Positions 1 to 9,941 of a DNA stretch of 64,000 bases are shown piece after piece. Every line of letters starts with the position of its first letter. Positions within the stretch are counted from its first letter, which is position 1. The position numbers were made by a program, and so were the translations under genes. Origin of the DNA: Heteronotia binoei (Eukaryota); the NCBI RefSeq assembly GCF_032191835.1, contig NC_083237.1, forward strand, positions 18,600,001-18,664,000, given 5' to 3'. The notes below the pieces were generated by a model. It had not been told where the DNA came from and made no database searches. It saw nothing but the letters and a program-made list of their open reading frames with translations.

Positions 1-95
1 GTTGTGGGGGAAGAAGATAAAGGAGATTGTAAGCTGCTCTGAGACTCTGATTCAGAGAAAAGGCCGGGATATAAATCTGCAGTCTTCTTCGTCTT
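1..95 (+). mobile_element. 3' part of tRNA/MIR-derived SINE (Squam3-like)
   Basis: Body and tail GTAAGCTGCTCTGAGACTCTGATTCAGAG...ATAAATCTGCAGTCTTCTTC match the ~260-bp SINE repeated about 11 times in the window. Confidence 0.8.
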
Positions 96-102
96 CTACT
101 GC

Positions 103-211
103 ACCAGTTAGTTTGCTCTGGGGCCGTGTTCCCTGAGCTAAGACAAAAATGTGTGAGCCGGAGGCTAAAAAACTGTGAGCTGGTTCACCCTAACTAAGTT
201 TAGTGGGAACA
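103..211. mobile_element. Partial hAT-type MITE (CAGTGTTCCCTCTAAG family)
   Basis: Matches the right half of the copies at 13493, 42461 and 47035 and ends in GGGAACACT. Confidence 0.7.
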
Positions 212-761
212 CTAGTCCTCTGCCATGTTTGGGGTTCAATATGTTGGCAGGAGTGGGGAAATGGGATTTTTAATCTTTTTTCCCTGCCCATATGAGCAGG
301 GCTGGTGCGAGGGTTTCTGGTGCCTTAGGTGAGCTGCCCACTAGCCCTCCCCCCCAAAAAAAAATTAAAAAACAAAGAATTGTAGGAAAAATGAAGAAAC
401 TTGAAACTATTTACATTTTTAATCTACAGTTTTTTTATTTTAAATTTATTTTTCAAAAAAAAATTGTGAAATTAAGTGAACAAAATTGTGCGAATACTAC
501 TTCATGTATTTAGGTGGATGTGCCACAGATAAGACCTTGTGCATATGAGAAAGATGCTCTACTAGGCAAGTTGAGCCAAGTGCAGCTCAGTTGCTGGCTG
601 TTCGTGCAGGCTGGGAGAGATGCAAGCAGAGGGAGGAATCTGGCCCAGGGCCCCTGAAGGCATGGGGGTCCATAGGGCAGCCCCTACTTGGCCTATTTGT
701 TAATCCGGCCCTGAATCAAGGTGTACTGAGACTAGCTGCAGCTCTCCAGAGCGTCCAGCAG

Positions 762-1048
762 AGGAAGAAGAAGAAGAAGACTGCAGATTTATTCCCCGCC
801 ATTCTCTCTGAATCAGAGACTCAGAGCGGCTCAAAATCTCCTATATCTTCTCCCCCACAACAGACACCCTGTGAGGTGGGTGCGGCTGAGAGGGCTCTCA
901 CAGCAGCTGCCCTTTCAAGGACAACCTCGGCCAGAGCTATGACTAACTCAAGGCTATTCCAGAAGGTGCAAGTGGAGGAGTGGGGAATCAAACCCAGTTC
1001 TCCCAGATAAGAGTCCGCACACTTAACCGCTACATCAAACTGGCTCTC
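762..1048 (-). mobile_element. Squam3-like SINE, full length
   Basis: tRNA-like A box (TGTAGCGGTTAAGTG) and B box (GGTTTGATTCC) on the minus strand, with a (CTT)n tail. Confidence 0.85.
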
Positions 1049-1256
1049 TTCATATCACCTTTCACATCACTTACTGCCCTGCCTTTTAAAGGGAAGTGCT
1101 GGAGATTGTCTCTGGGACCTTCTGCATGCCCAGCAAATGCTCAGCTCTGAGCTACGGACACTTCCTTTTTGCCAGTTTAGATGGAGCAAAACCAAAATGG
1201 ATGTTTTTGGAAGCTCACTCAGCAGCATTCATTCAAGGAACACCCTGAAGCCTGCT

Positions 1257-1570
1257 GAGAGCCAGTTTGGTGTAGCGGTTAAGTGCACGGACTCTTATCT
1301 GGGAGAACCGGTTTTGATTCCCCACTCCTCCACTTGCAGCTGCTGGAATGACCTTGGGTCAGCCATAGCTCTTGCAGAAGTTGTCCTTGAAAGGGCAGCT
1401 GCTGTGAGAGCCCTCTCAGCCCCACCCACCTCACAGGGTGTCTGTTGTGGGGGGAGAAGATAGAGGAGCTTGTAAGCCACTCTGTGTCTCTGATTCAAAG
1501 AGAAGGACGGGGTATAAACCTGCAGTCCTCTTCTTCTTCTTCGTCGTCGTCTTCTTCTTCTTCTTCTTTC
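1257..1570 (+). mobile_element. Squam3-like SINE, full length
   Basis: A and B boxes, MIR-like core CCACCTCACAGGGTGTCTGTTGTG, and a (CTT/CGT)n tail. Confidence 0.85.
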
Positions 1571-1761
1571 CTTTGTCTTGTGTCTGGCAATGGAAGTTTA
1601 TTTTCATGGGCAAAAGAACAAATTAGTTGCATTCATAAATAACTTCTCTCCTAGAAGAAAGTAATCTAAAACTCTGTTTGACACTGAGAAGTATTGGTGA
1701 GCACACTCCAACCCATCCAATTCATTCCATGCCCTTAAATGCTCCTTCCCTTTCCACCAAG

Positions 1762-1989
1762 CTCCACACCCTTCTTCAGACAATGGCTTTCAACAACAGC
1801 GCTGGAGATGAAGTGGCCTTCAATGAACACGGAGAATTGAAAGGTGGATTTGATATTACCAACATGATCGCTTTTCCAAATAAGTCCTATGTCAGAGTCA
1901 AGATCGGGAGGCTGGATCCTCAGGTTCCCCGTAGTCAACGAGTGATAATTGATCAGGATGAGATTAAGTGGAATAGGCACCTTCCACAG
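1762..1989 (+). CDS. Vomeronasal type-2 receptor, 228-bp internal exon (end of Venus-flytrap domain)
   Basis: AG/GT-bounded phase-0 exon LHTLLQTMAFNNSAGDEVAFNEHGELKGGFDITN...IKWNRHLPQ. Size and motifs are typical of V2R exon 4. Confidence 0.92.
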
Positions 1990-2353
1990 GTGAGAAACCA
2001 TCTCAGTGTTTCTCAAACAAATACAAAACCGTTCATCGTTTAATGAAATGGGAAAGGAGAAGACTTAAGGGGAGCAAATGGATTCCATGATGTTTTTAAT
2101 CCATGACATTTGCTAAATCAGCTCTTAATTACAGCATCCTGTATGGGGAGGGCGGGATATATATCAAATCAAATCAATAAATAAAACCCCTGAGCTCAAC
2201 AAAAATGCCACATGTAATCATATTTTGGATAATCTGCATTCCTCTCACACACTATGAGCCATCTTTGAGATCCCAGATATCACACTTCCATTTCATTGAC
2301 AACTTGTAGAGTAATTCTGAGACAAAGTACTCATGATAGCTTCTCAGTTTTAA

Positions 2354-2604
2354 GATCCAGGTGGGCAGCTGTGTTGGTCTGAAGCAGTAGAACAAAGTAG
2401 GAGTTCAGTAGCACCTTTAAGACCAACAAAGTTTTATTCAGAATGTAAGCTTCCGTATGCGTGTATACTTCTTCAGACGAGGGGATGGGGTACAGTGAGC
2501 TGAAATACATATAGCTGGTGAGTTAAGAGTATTATGCATACGAAACCTTACATTCTGAATAAAACTTTGTTGGTCTTAAAGGTGCTACTAGACTCCTACT
2601 TTGT
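2354..2604. mobile_element. Penelope-like element end as an inverted repeat with degenerate hammerhead cores
   Basis: Arm ...TTCTGAATAAAACTTTGTTGGTCTTAAAGGTGCTACT is present in both orientations. The minus arm carries CTGAAGA-stem-GGAAGCTTACATTC. Confidence 0.7.
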
Positions 2605-2639
2605 CCTCAGTTCTAAATTCTTGCTTTCTTCAAGGACAG

Positions 2640-2766
2640 GTGCCTCCTTCCTCCCTGTGTAATGAGAACTGCAAACTTGGTTACAGCAAGAGAAAGAAGG
2701 AAGGGAAGAAGTTCTGCTGCTACGATTGTGATCTGTGTCCAGAAGGGAAAATGTCAGACAAAGAAG
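2640..2766 (+). CDS. V2R cysteine-rich (NCD3G) exon
   Basis: AG|GTGCCT...GAAG|GT; [42 protein letters not shown] contains six of the nine conserved Cys. Confidence 0.93.
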
Positions 2767-2929
2767 GTAGGAGATGCTCTGGGAAAGATTCCTCCTTTTA
2801 AAGATTCCTCAAATGTTTCATTACTGGAAGTGTGGGAATTTGAAACATTTACTCTTTGAGGAATTATCAAAAAAGACTTAAATTGGCCATTTTGTCATTA
2901 TACATTAAAAATGTTTAACAGAAGTAGTG

Positions 2930-3850
2930 CCCTACTGGATCAGACCAGCAGTCTGTCAACTCCAGCATCCTTCCTCAATATTAGCCAACCCGTTCATCTG
3001 GATGGCCAACAACAGGGTACAGAGGCCAAAGCCTTCCCTTGATGTCTCCTGGCTCTGAGATTCAGAGGTTTGCTGCCTCTGGATGTGGAGGTTCCCTTTA
3101 GTCAACATGGTCAGAAGCCACTGACAGGCCATCTTCCATGAATCTGATTCCCTATTAAAGCTGCCAAAATCTGTGGCCATCTCTACATCAACAGGCAGCA
3201 TATTCCATGACTGATTTCCCACCAGCCTTATGCCGCTCTCACACTCGTCTTCTCAATGGGGGTTCTGTTGGATTTCACACTATCTGCCCCAGGGCTGCAA
3301 CTTGCTTCGCCGCAGCAAACAAGATCCTCTAAAAACCAGTTTCTGTGTCCCGTGGGGAAAAGGCGAAGCTAGTTACAGCCCCGGGGCAGATAGTGTGAAA
3401 TCCAGCTGAAGCCCCGCAGAGAAGTGGAGCGTGAGACCAGCGTAAGGCTAGTCGGAAATCGGTCCGTGTTTTTAATTAGGTGGTGTGTAAAGAAGTGCTT
3501 CCTTTTGTCTGTGCTGAATCTGCTGCCCATCTGTTTCCTAAAATACCCTTGAATTCTAGTATTTTGGGTGAGGCAGAGAAAGTTATTTTGTTCTGCCCCT
3601 ACTGTCTATCCCATGTTTATTTTCCAAACCTCTATCAGGTCTGTTCTTTTAGTCATCTCTTTTCTGAACTTAATCTTCAGCTTTTCCTCATCGGAGAAGT
3701 CCTCCAATCCTTTCATTACTTTGGTTGCCTTCTGCTGTACTTTCCCAAGCTGTGTGGTGTCCTGTTTGAGATACGGTTATCAGAACTGCACATCGTATTT
3801 CAAATGAGGCTGCACCACAGATCTACATAGGGGCATTGTGATACTGCTTG
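2930..3850 (-). mobile_element. Old CR1-type LINE 3' fragment, interrupted by a MITE
   Basis: Degenerate CR1 3' UTR and RT-end sequence (GTGTAAAGAAGTGCTTCCT, GAATCTGC) on the minus strand. Confidence 0.6.
3210..3464. mobile_element. Palindromic MITE, superfamily uncertain
   Basis: Long imperfect inverted arms ACTGATTTCCCACCAGCCTTATGC / GCGTAAGGCTAGTCGGAAATCGGT and inner GGATTTCACACTATCTGCCCC / GGGGCAGATAGTGTGAAATCC. Confidence 0.7.
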
Positions 3851-3879
3851 ATACTGTGGGGTGGTTTGTCGTTGCCTTC

Positions 3880-4050
3880 CCCAGTCATTTACACTTTACC
3901 CCTAAGCAAGCTGGGTACTCATTTAACCAGCCTTGGAAGGATGGGAGGCTGAGTCAACCTTGAGCTGGCTACCTGAACCCAGCTTCCACCAGAATCAAAC
4001 TCAGGTCATGAGCAGAGCTTGGACTGCAATACTGCAGCTTACCACTCCTT
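3880..4050 (-). mobile_element. Sauria/Squam1-like SINE fragment
   Basis: GCTGGGTACTCATTT...GGAAGGATGGGAGGCTGAGTCAACCTTGAGC is the reverse complement of the Sauria SINE body, also seen at 58078. Confidence 0.75.
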
Positions 4051-4440
4051 ACACTTAGTGGTGTTGAACATCCCTGTGTATTTCTCCATTTGTTTCCAGA
4101 GATTTTGTGAGGTTATGGGAATTTAGATTTAAAAGTAACAGAATTCCTGAACAGCAGTATGGCTTTGTTCTGTTTGAAGGACAGAGGCTGTCTGGTGAGG
4201 AAATTGAGAAGGATCAGCAGGAACAACAAAAGTTCTTCAACCACAATAGGATTTGTGCGTTCATTTCAGTAAACCCTGGAAGGTGCAAATGGTGTTATTG
4301 CTTCTTACTAATTTTCAATGTTAGGACAGGTTTATAAAACTGTTTTCATCATGGACTGAGGAAAAAATATTAGCTACTATCTTACAAAAACCTCTTCTTG
4401 GAGAATCAAAGTGCCTCAGTAGGTTTTCTTCTCCTTTCAG

Positions 4441-5342
4441 ACATGGATTATTGCATCCCTTGCTCTGAAGGTCATTATCCAAACCAAGAACAAAACCACT
4501 GCCTTCCCAAGATCCCAAACTTTCTTTCATTTCGTGAGCCGATGAGCATTATTTTAGCCTTTTTTGCTCTTCTCCTGTCTCTGATAACAGCTCTGGTGAT
4601 TCTGTCCTTTATAAAATACCGGGACACTCCCATCGTTAAAGCCAACAATCGGACCCTCACCTACATTCTGCTAGTCTCCATTTTCCTTTCTTTCCTCTGC
4701 TCCTTGCTCTTCATCGAGCAGCCTGACAAGGTGACCTGCCTCCTCCGACAAGTGACTTTTGCCATCATCTTCTCCGTTGCTGTTTCTTCTATTCTGGCAA
4801 AAACCATGACTGTCATTGTGGTGTTTATGGCATCCAAGCCAGGAAACCTTTTTCAGAAATGGGTGGGGAAAGAATTGGCACATTGTATTGTTATTTCTTG
4901 CTCCTTTGTTCAAGTTTCCATTTGTGCTGTTTGGCTTGGTTCTTTTCCGCCCTTCCCAGATATCGACAAGCATTCACTGAGTAGAGAAGTCATCATGCAA
5001 TGCAATGAAGGGTCAGTCACCATGTTTTACTGTGCCTTGGGTTACATTGGATTCCTTGCCACCATCTGCTTCATTGTAGCTTTTATAGCCAGAAAGTTGC
5101 CTGACAGTTTCAACGAAGCCAAGTTCATCACCTTCAGCATGCTGGTCTTTTGCAGTGTTTGGCTGTCCTTTGTCCCCACCTACCTGAGCACGAAAGGAAA
5201 AGATACGGTGGCCGTGGAGATCTTCTCCATCTTAGCTTCCAGTGCTGGCTTGCTAGGCTGTATCTTTTTGCCCAAATGCTATGTCATTCTTCTTAGACCT
5301 GAGTTGAACACAAGAGAGCTGCTGATAAGGAAAAAACACTAA
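4441..5342 (+). CDS. V2R terminal exon: remaining Cys and 7TM class C GPCR domain
   Basis: Acceptor TTTCAG|AC continues phase 1. Motifs [32 protein letters not shown] and [17 protein letters not shown]; stop TAA at 5340-5342. Confidence 0.95.
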
Positions 5343-5865
5343 ATTCTTTAGTCAGCCATCCACTTGTTCTCCAGTTATATTTTTATCAAATGCAAATAGG
5401 GAATTTTTGTTTTGAGGAGAGAATGAAAACAATGAACCATTTCCTGATATTCTTTAGTTAGGCTAGGTTTACATTTCAAACAGAAGAATTATACATTTGA
5501 ATATATATCTCTCTCTCTTTCTGAGAGAAGTAATGAAAATAAAAAAATATATACTCTGATAATAATCTTTAAAATTGTTTTTAAAAAAGAAGGCTTACCA
5601 CTCAGTTTCATTTTAGTCCACATTATCCAGGAATATACCTCTCACATTGTCTTATGGGAGCTGTAGTAATACCTCCTCAATCATTCATTTCCTGACCCAA
5701 CCATTTGTGATCTAGGGGGAGTAAGGACTACTACACAAACTGCAAACATGCCTGCAGGAAGAAGGAAAGGAACTCTGCCATCACACCTATTGTAGAGCCA
5801 CAAACGTGTTCAGCAGCACTTTGATTTGGATGGCAGGAAGATCCCATGATAGGAAGCTTTAGTTT

Positions 5866-8800
5866 CTCTCTTCTCGGCTTGGCTTCGCGAACGAAGATTT
5901 AAGAAGGGTGCAATAGTCCACGTTTGCTGCAGGCTCGCTGGTGGCTGACAAGACCAATGTGGGACAGGCAGGTCCGGCCACAGCGGCTGCAGGGAAAAGT
6001 CTGATTTAGGGTTGGTCCTGTAGCAGTGCGATTCTTCCTCAATCTCCTTTTGTCCTCAAGACCAGCTATGCATGCGTTCTCAAAGGAAGAGACAGCCTGG
6101 TGGATGGTGTGCCTCCATGCTTTGCGATCTGAGGCTAGGTCAGACCACTGGTGATGGTTGATGTGACAGGTGCTAAGGGATTTCTTCAAGGAGTCCTTGT
6201 ACCTCTTCTTTGGTGCCCCTCTATTTCGATGGCCGGTGGAGAGTTCGCCATACAGGGCAATCTTGGGAAGGCGGTGGTTTTCCATCCTAGAAATATGCCC
6301 TGCCCAGCGCAGCTGCGTCTTCAACAGCAGTGCCTCGATGCTTGTAACTTCCGCCCGCTTGAGGACTTCAGTGTTGGTCACAAAGTCACTCCAGTGGATG
6401 TTGAGGATGGTGCGAAGGCAGCGCTGATGAAAGCGCTCAAGGAGTCGCAGGTGATGACGGTATAAAACCCACGATTCGGAGCCATAGATGAGGGTTGTCA
6501 TCACAACTGCTTTGTAAACATTGATCTTTGTGCCTTTTTTCAGATGCTTGTTGCTCCACACTCTTTTGTGCAGTCGGCCAAATGCACGGTTTGCCTTTGC
6601 CAGCCTGTTATCAATCTCCTTGTCGATCTTGGCATCTGAGGAGATGATGCACCCCAGGTAGCTGAACTGCTGGACTGTCTTCAGAACTGATTCACCCACA
6701 GTGATGCAGGGAGGGTGATAATCTTCCTGGGGTGCAGGCTGGTGGAGAACTTCTGTCTTCTTCAGACTAACTTCTAGGCCGAATAGCTTGGCAGCCTCTG
6801 CAAAGCAGGACGTCATATGCTGCAGAGCTGATACCGAGTGGGAGACGAGTGCAGCATCATCAGCAAACAGTAGCTCTCGGATGAGTTTTTCCATTGTCTT
6901 GGAGTGTGCCTTTAGTCGCCTCAGGTTGAACAGGCTGCCATCGGTGCGATAGCGGATGGAGACACCATCGTCCTCATCTAGATCTACTGCGGCTCTTTGA
7001 AGCATCATGCTAAAGAAGATCGTAAAGAGAGTTGGCGCGAGAACGCAGCCTTGCTTTACACCTGTGCCTATTGGGAAGGGCTCCGAGAGGTCGTTGCAGT
7101 GTCTGACTTGGCCTCGTTGGTCTTCGTGTAGCTGGATGATCATGCTGAGGAACCTTGGGGGACATCCTAAACGTTCCAAGATTTGCCACAGGCCTTTCCT
7201 GCTAACGGTATCGAAAGCTTTGGTAAGGTCGACAAAAGTCACATACAGAGCCTTGTTCTGTTCCCTGCATTTCTCTTGGAGCTGCCTGAGAACAAATACC
7301 ATGTCGGTGGTGCTCCTGTTAGCTCTGAAGCCGCACTGGCTCTCTGGGAGGAGTTCTTCTGCAATGGTGGGCACCAGTCTGTTCAGGAGTATTCTGGCAA
7401 GGATTTTGCCTGCGATGGAGAGCAGGGTTATCCCCCGGTAGTTGGAGCAGTCTGACTTTTCCCCTTTGTTCTTGTATAGGGTGATGATGATTGCATCGCG
7501 AAAGTCCTGTGGTAATTTGCCTTGTTCCCAGCAGGTGACAAGTACTTTGTGAAGTGAGCTATGTAGTACTGTGCCCCCATGCTTCCAGATCTCTGGTGGA
7601 ATTCCATCAACTCCTGCTGCCTTGCCACTTTTCAGTTGCTTGATGGCTTTAACAGTCTCTTCTAGGGTGGGGATCTCATCCAACTCTGTTTTCACCGGTT
7701 GAAGTGGGGTGAGGTGGATTGCTGAATCTTGAACTACGCGGTTGGCACTGAAGAGAACCTGAAAATACTCTGACCACCGGTTCAGTATGGATGCCTTGTC
7801 TGTGAGGAGCACTTGGCCGTCTGCACTATGCAAGGGACTCTGAGCCTGATATGATGGACCATATACTGCCTTCAGGGCTTCGTAGAACCCTCTTAAATCA
7901 CCAGTGTCTGCACACAGCTGGGTTCTCTCTGCAAGCTTGGTCCACCACTCGTTCTGAATGTCTCGAAGCTTGCGCTGGAGGTTGCTACATGCAGCGCGAA
8001 AGGTTGCTTTTTTCCCAGGACAGGAGGGCTGAGCAAGATGTGCTTGGTAGGCAGATCTCTTTTTCGCCAGTAAATCTTGGATCTCTTGATTGTTCTCATC
8101 AAACCAGTCCTTGTTCTTCCTTGTGGAGAACCCGAGGACTTCTTCAGAGATCTGCAGGACGGTAGTTTTTAGGTGTTCCCAGAGTGCTTCTGGAGAAGGG
8201 TCTGTGGGGCAACTGAGGTCCTCAATTCTTGACTGGAGTTTTGCCTGGAAGGCAGCTTTAACTTCGGCTGACTGGAGGCTGCCAACCTGAAACTTCCTCC
8301 GAGGGATACCTCCTCTCCTGGGTGTGGGTTTAAAGTGAAGACGGAGATTGCAGCGTACAAGACGATGATCCGTATGACATTCTGCACTGGGCATTACTCG
8401 GGTGTGTAAGACATCTCGAAGGTCTCTCTGGCGCACCAGAATGTAGTCGATAAGGTGCCAATGCTTGGACCGTGGGTGCATCCAGGTTGTCTTCAGACTG
8501 TTCTTCTGCTGGAAGATAGTGTTGGTGATGGTGAGCTGGTGCTCCATGCAGAATTCTAGCAGGAGGCACCCGTTGTCATTGCAGTTGCCAATGCCGTGTT
8601 TGCCAAGTACTCCTTTCCAGGCTTCCGAGTCTTTACCTACTCTGGCATTGAAGTCGCCAAGGATGATCACCTTGTCCTCTGTAGGGGTCTTCCGTACGAG
8701 GTTGCGTAGATCAGCATAGAACTTGTTCTTTTCTGCAGGATCTGCTTGAAGGGTTGGGGCATACACACTGAAGAGTGTTGCATGCTGCTTGTTTTGAAGT

Positions 8801-9941
8801 GGGAGGCGCATGGACATGATGCGATCTGAGTGACCTGTTGGAAGGTTTTCGAGTTTGGAGGCAATGGCGTTCCTGACCATGAAGCCAACGCCAGAAAGGC
8901 GGCTCTCAGCCTTTGACTTACCCGACCAGTAGAGGGTATAGCCAGCACCGTGTTCTTGAAGACTACCTTCCTCAGGGAAACGGACCTCACTGAGAGCTGC
9001 TATGTCGATATTCAACCTGAGAAGTTCGTCGGCAACTAGAGCAGAGCGTCGTCGTTCTGGGCGACCACTGCCTACTGTGTCAAGCATGGTTCTGATGTTC
9101 CAACACGCAAGCTTTAGTCTTTGCACACTTTGTGAGGCAGGTGCATGCCTTTTCTTTGTTGTTATTTTTCGACCGCAAGTAAGGATGCCCGTTGACCGCG
9201 GCTAGCCAACTGGGGTGGGGGAGACGAGCTTTGTTTAGGCCACCTTTTCTAGGCCCCTCTCCGTGTGGAGCAAGCAGTGCTGTCCCTAGATAAGGCTGCT
9301 TGGTCGTTCAGGGTGCTGCCGAAAGATGCTTTCGTCTCCGGGTTAGCATCAGGCGACCAATATCCTGAACCGCCTACATGCAGGATCAGGACTGCAGCTT
9401 CCAGTGGCACCTTCCACCTGCCGTTTCGCCCTTTGCCTATCGCTGCAGGACTTGATGCGTTGTGGGTTGTGTGTGTGGATATGCCCTTCAGGCCTGCGCA
9501 GAGGAATTTTTTAGGTGAAGCGCAATGTGCGCGGTACTGGCTCCACCCTTTCACCTGGGGGTCATCTGCCATGGCCCAGTAAGCCGGGACGCCGGCAGTG
9601 AGTCCTCCAGGTGGTAGGTGTTACATTAACGAGCTCTATCTGCCCGGGTTTGATGTTAGAGTTTTCCTTCTCTTAGGCTGACGAGGTTGGTGGGCCCAGC
9701 CTGCCCATCCAGTTATACCGCTGGACACTTCGGTCGCACCATGACGTAGCAAACTCTGTGAAAACGGGGGGGACCAGCGAGAAGGTGTTGCTACGGATGC
9801 AGTAATGCAGGAGAGGCCATTGCAGTGACCATCTGCCCGGCATAGCCAGACAGTGACCACGCGGCGTTCACTACACCGGGAGAGGAGAGGCTATGTATTG
9901 CGCATGCACTTTCCCTGGGGGGGTAGGATTTAGTTTAGTTT
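5866..9941 (-). mobile_element. Apparently full-length RTE-clade LINE
   Basis: About 0.8 kb 5' UTR, one long ORF, short 3' tail, and candidate TSD AGCTTTAGTTT at 5855-5865 and 9942-9952. Confidence 0.9.
5899..9126 (-). CDS. RTE ORF: AP endonuclease + reverse transcriptase + C-terminal C2H2-like finger
   Basis: WNIRT, GDFNARVG and IDYILVR (APE); GVKQGCVLAP and LFADD (RT); CSRCGRTCLSHIGLVSHQRAC. No stops in 1075 codons. The track start is a GTG. Confidence 0.93.
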   Translation of the reverse strand: MQRLKLACWNIRTMLDTVGSGRPERRRSALVADELLRLNIDIAALSEVRFPEEGSLQEHGAGYTLYWSGKSKAESRLSGVGFMVRNAIASKLENLPTGHSDRIMSMRLPLQNKQHATLFSVYAPTLQADPAEKNKFYADLRNLVRKTPTEDKVIILGDFNARVGKDSEAWKGVLGKHGIGNCNDNGCLLLEFCMEHQLTITNTIFQQKNSLKTTWMHPRSKHWHLIDYILVRQRDLRDVLHTRVMPSAECHTDHRLVRCNLRLHFKPTPRRGGIPRRKFQVGSLQSAEVKAAFQAKLQSRIEDLSCPTDPSPEALWEHLKTTVLQISEEVLGFSTRKNKDWFDENNQEIQDLLAKKRSAYQAHLAQPSCPGKKATFRAACSNLQRKLRDIQNEWWTKLAERTQLCADTGDLRGFYEALKAVYGPSYQAQSPLHSADGQVLLTDKASILNRWSEYFQVLFSANRVVQDSAIHLTPLQPVKTELDEIPTLEETVKAIKQLKSGKAAGVDGIPPEIWKHGGTVLHSSLHKVLVTCWEQGKLPQDFRDAIIITLYKNKGEKSDCSNYRGITLLSIAGKILARILLNRLVPTIAEELLPESQCGFRANRSTTDMVFVLRQLQEKCREQNKALYVTFVDLTKAFDTVSRKGLWQILERLGCPPRFLSMIIQLHEDQRGQVRHCNDLSEPFPIGTGVKQGCVLAPTLFTIFFSMMLQRAAVDLDEDDGVSIRYRTDGSLFNLRRLKAHSKTMEKLIRELLFADDAALVSHSVSALQHMTSCFAEAAKLFGLEVSLKKTEVLHQPAPQEDYHPPCITVGESVLKTVQQFSYLGCIISSDAKIDKEIDNRLAKANRAFGRLHKRVWSNKHLKKGTKINVYKAVVMTTLIYGSESWVLYRHHLRLLERFHQRCLRTILNIHWSDFVTNTEVLKRAEVTSIEALLLKTQLRWAGHISRMENHRLPKIALYGELSTGHRNRGAPKKRYKDSLKKSLSTCHINHHQWSDLASDRKAWRHTIHQAVSSFENACIAGLEDKRRLRKNRTATGPTLNQTFPCSRCGRTCLSHIGLVSHQRACSKRGLLHPS

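Noticed and set aside
1257-1330. tRNA genes at SINE heads
   Set aside because: A and B boxes run into SINE bodies, and no complete cloverleaf is evident.
4398-4440. N-terminal extension of the 314-aa ORF as a stand-alone gene start
   Set aside because: It begins at TTG in intron sequence; the real exon starts after the acceptor at 4441.
9900-9926. G7 run as the missing P1 strand of the HDV-like fold
   Set aside because: It is on the opposite strand and reads C7 in the element's sense.
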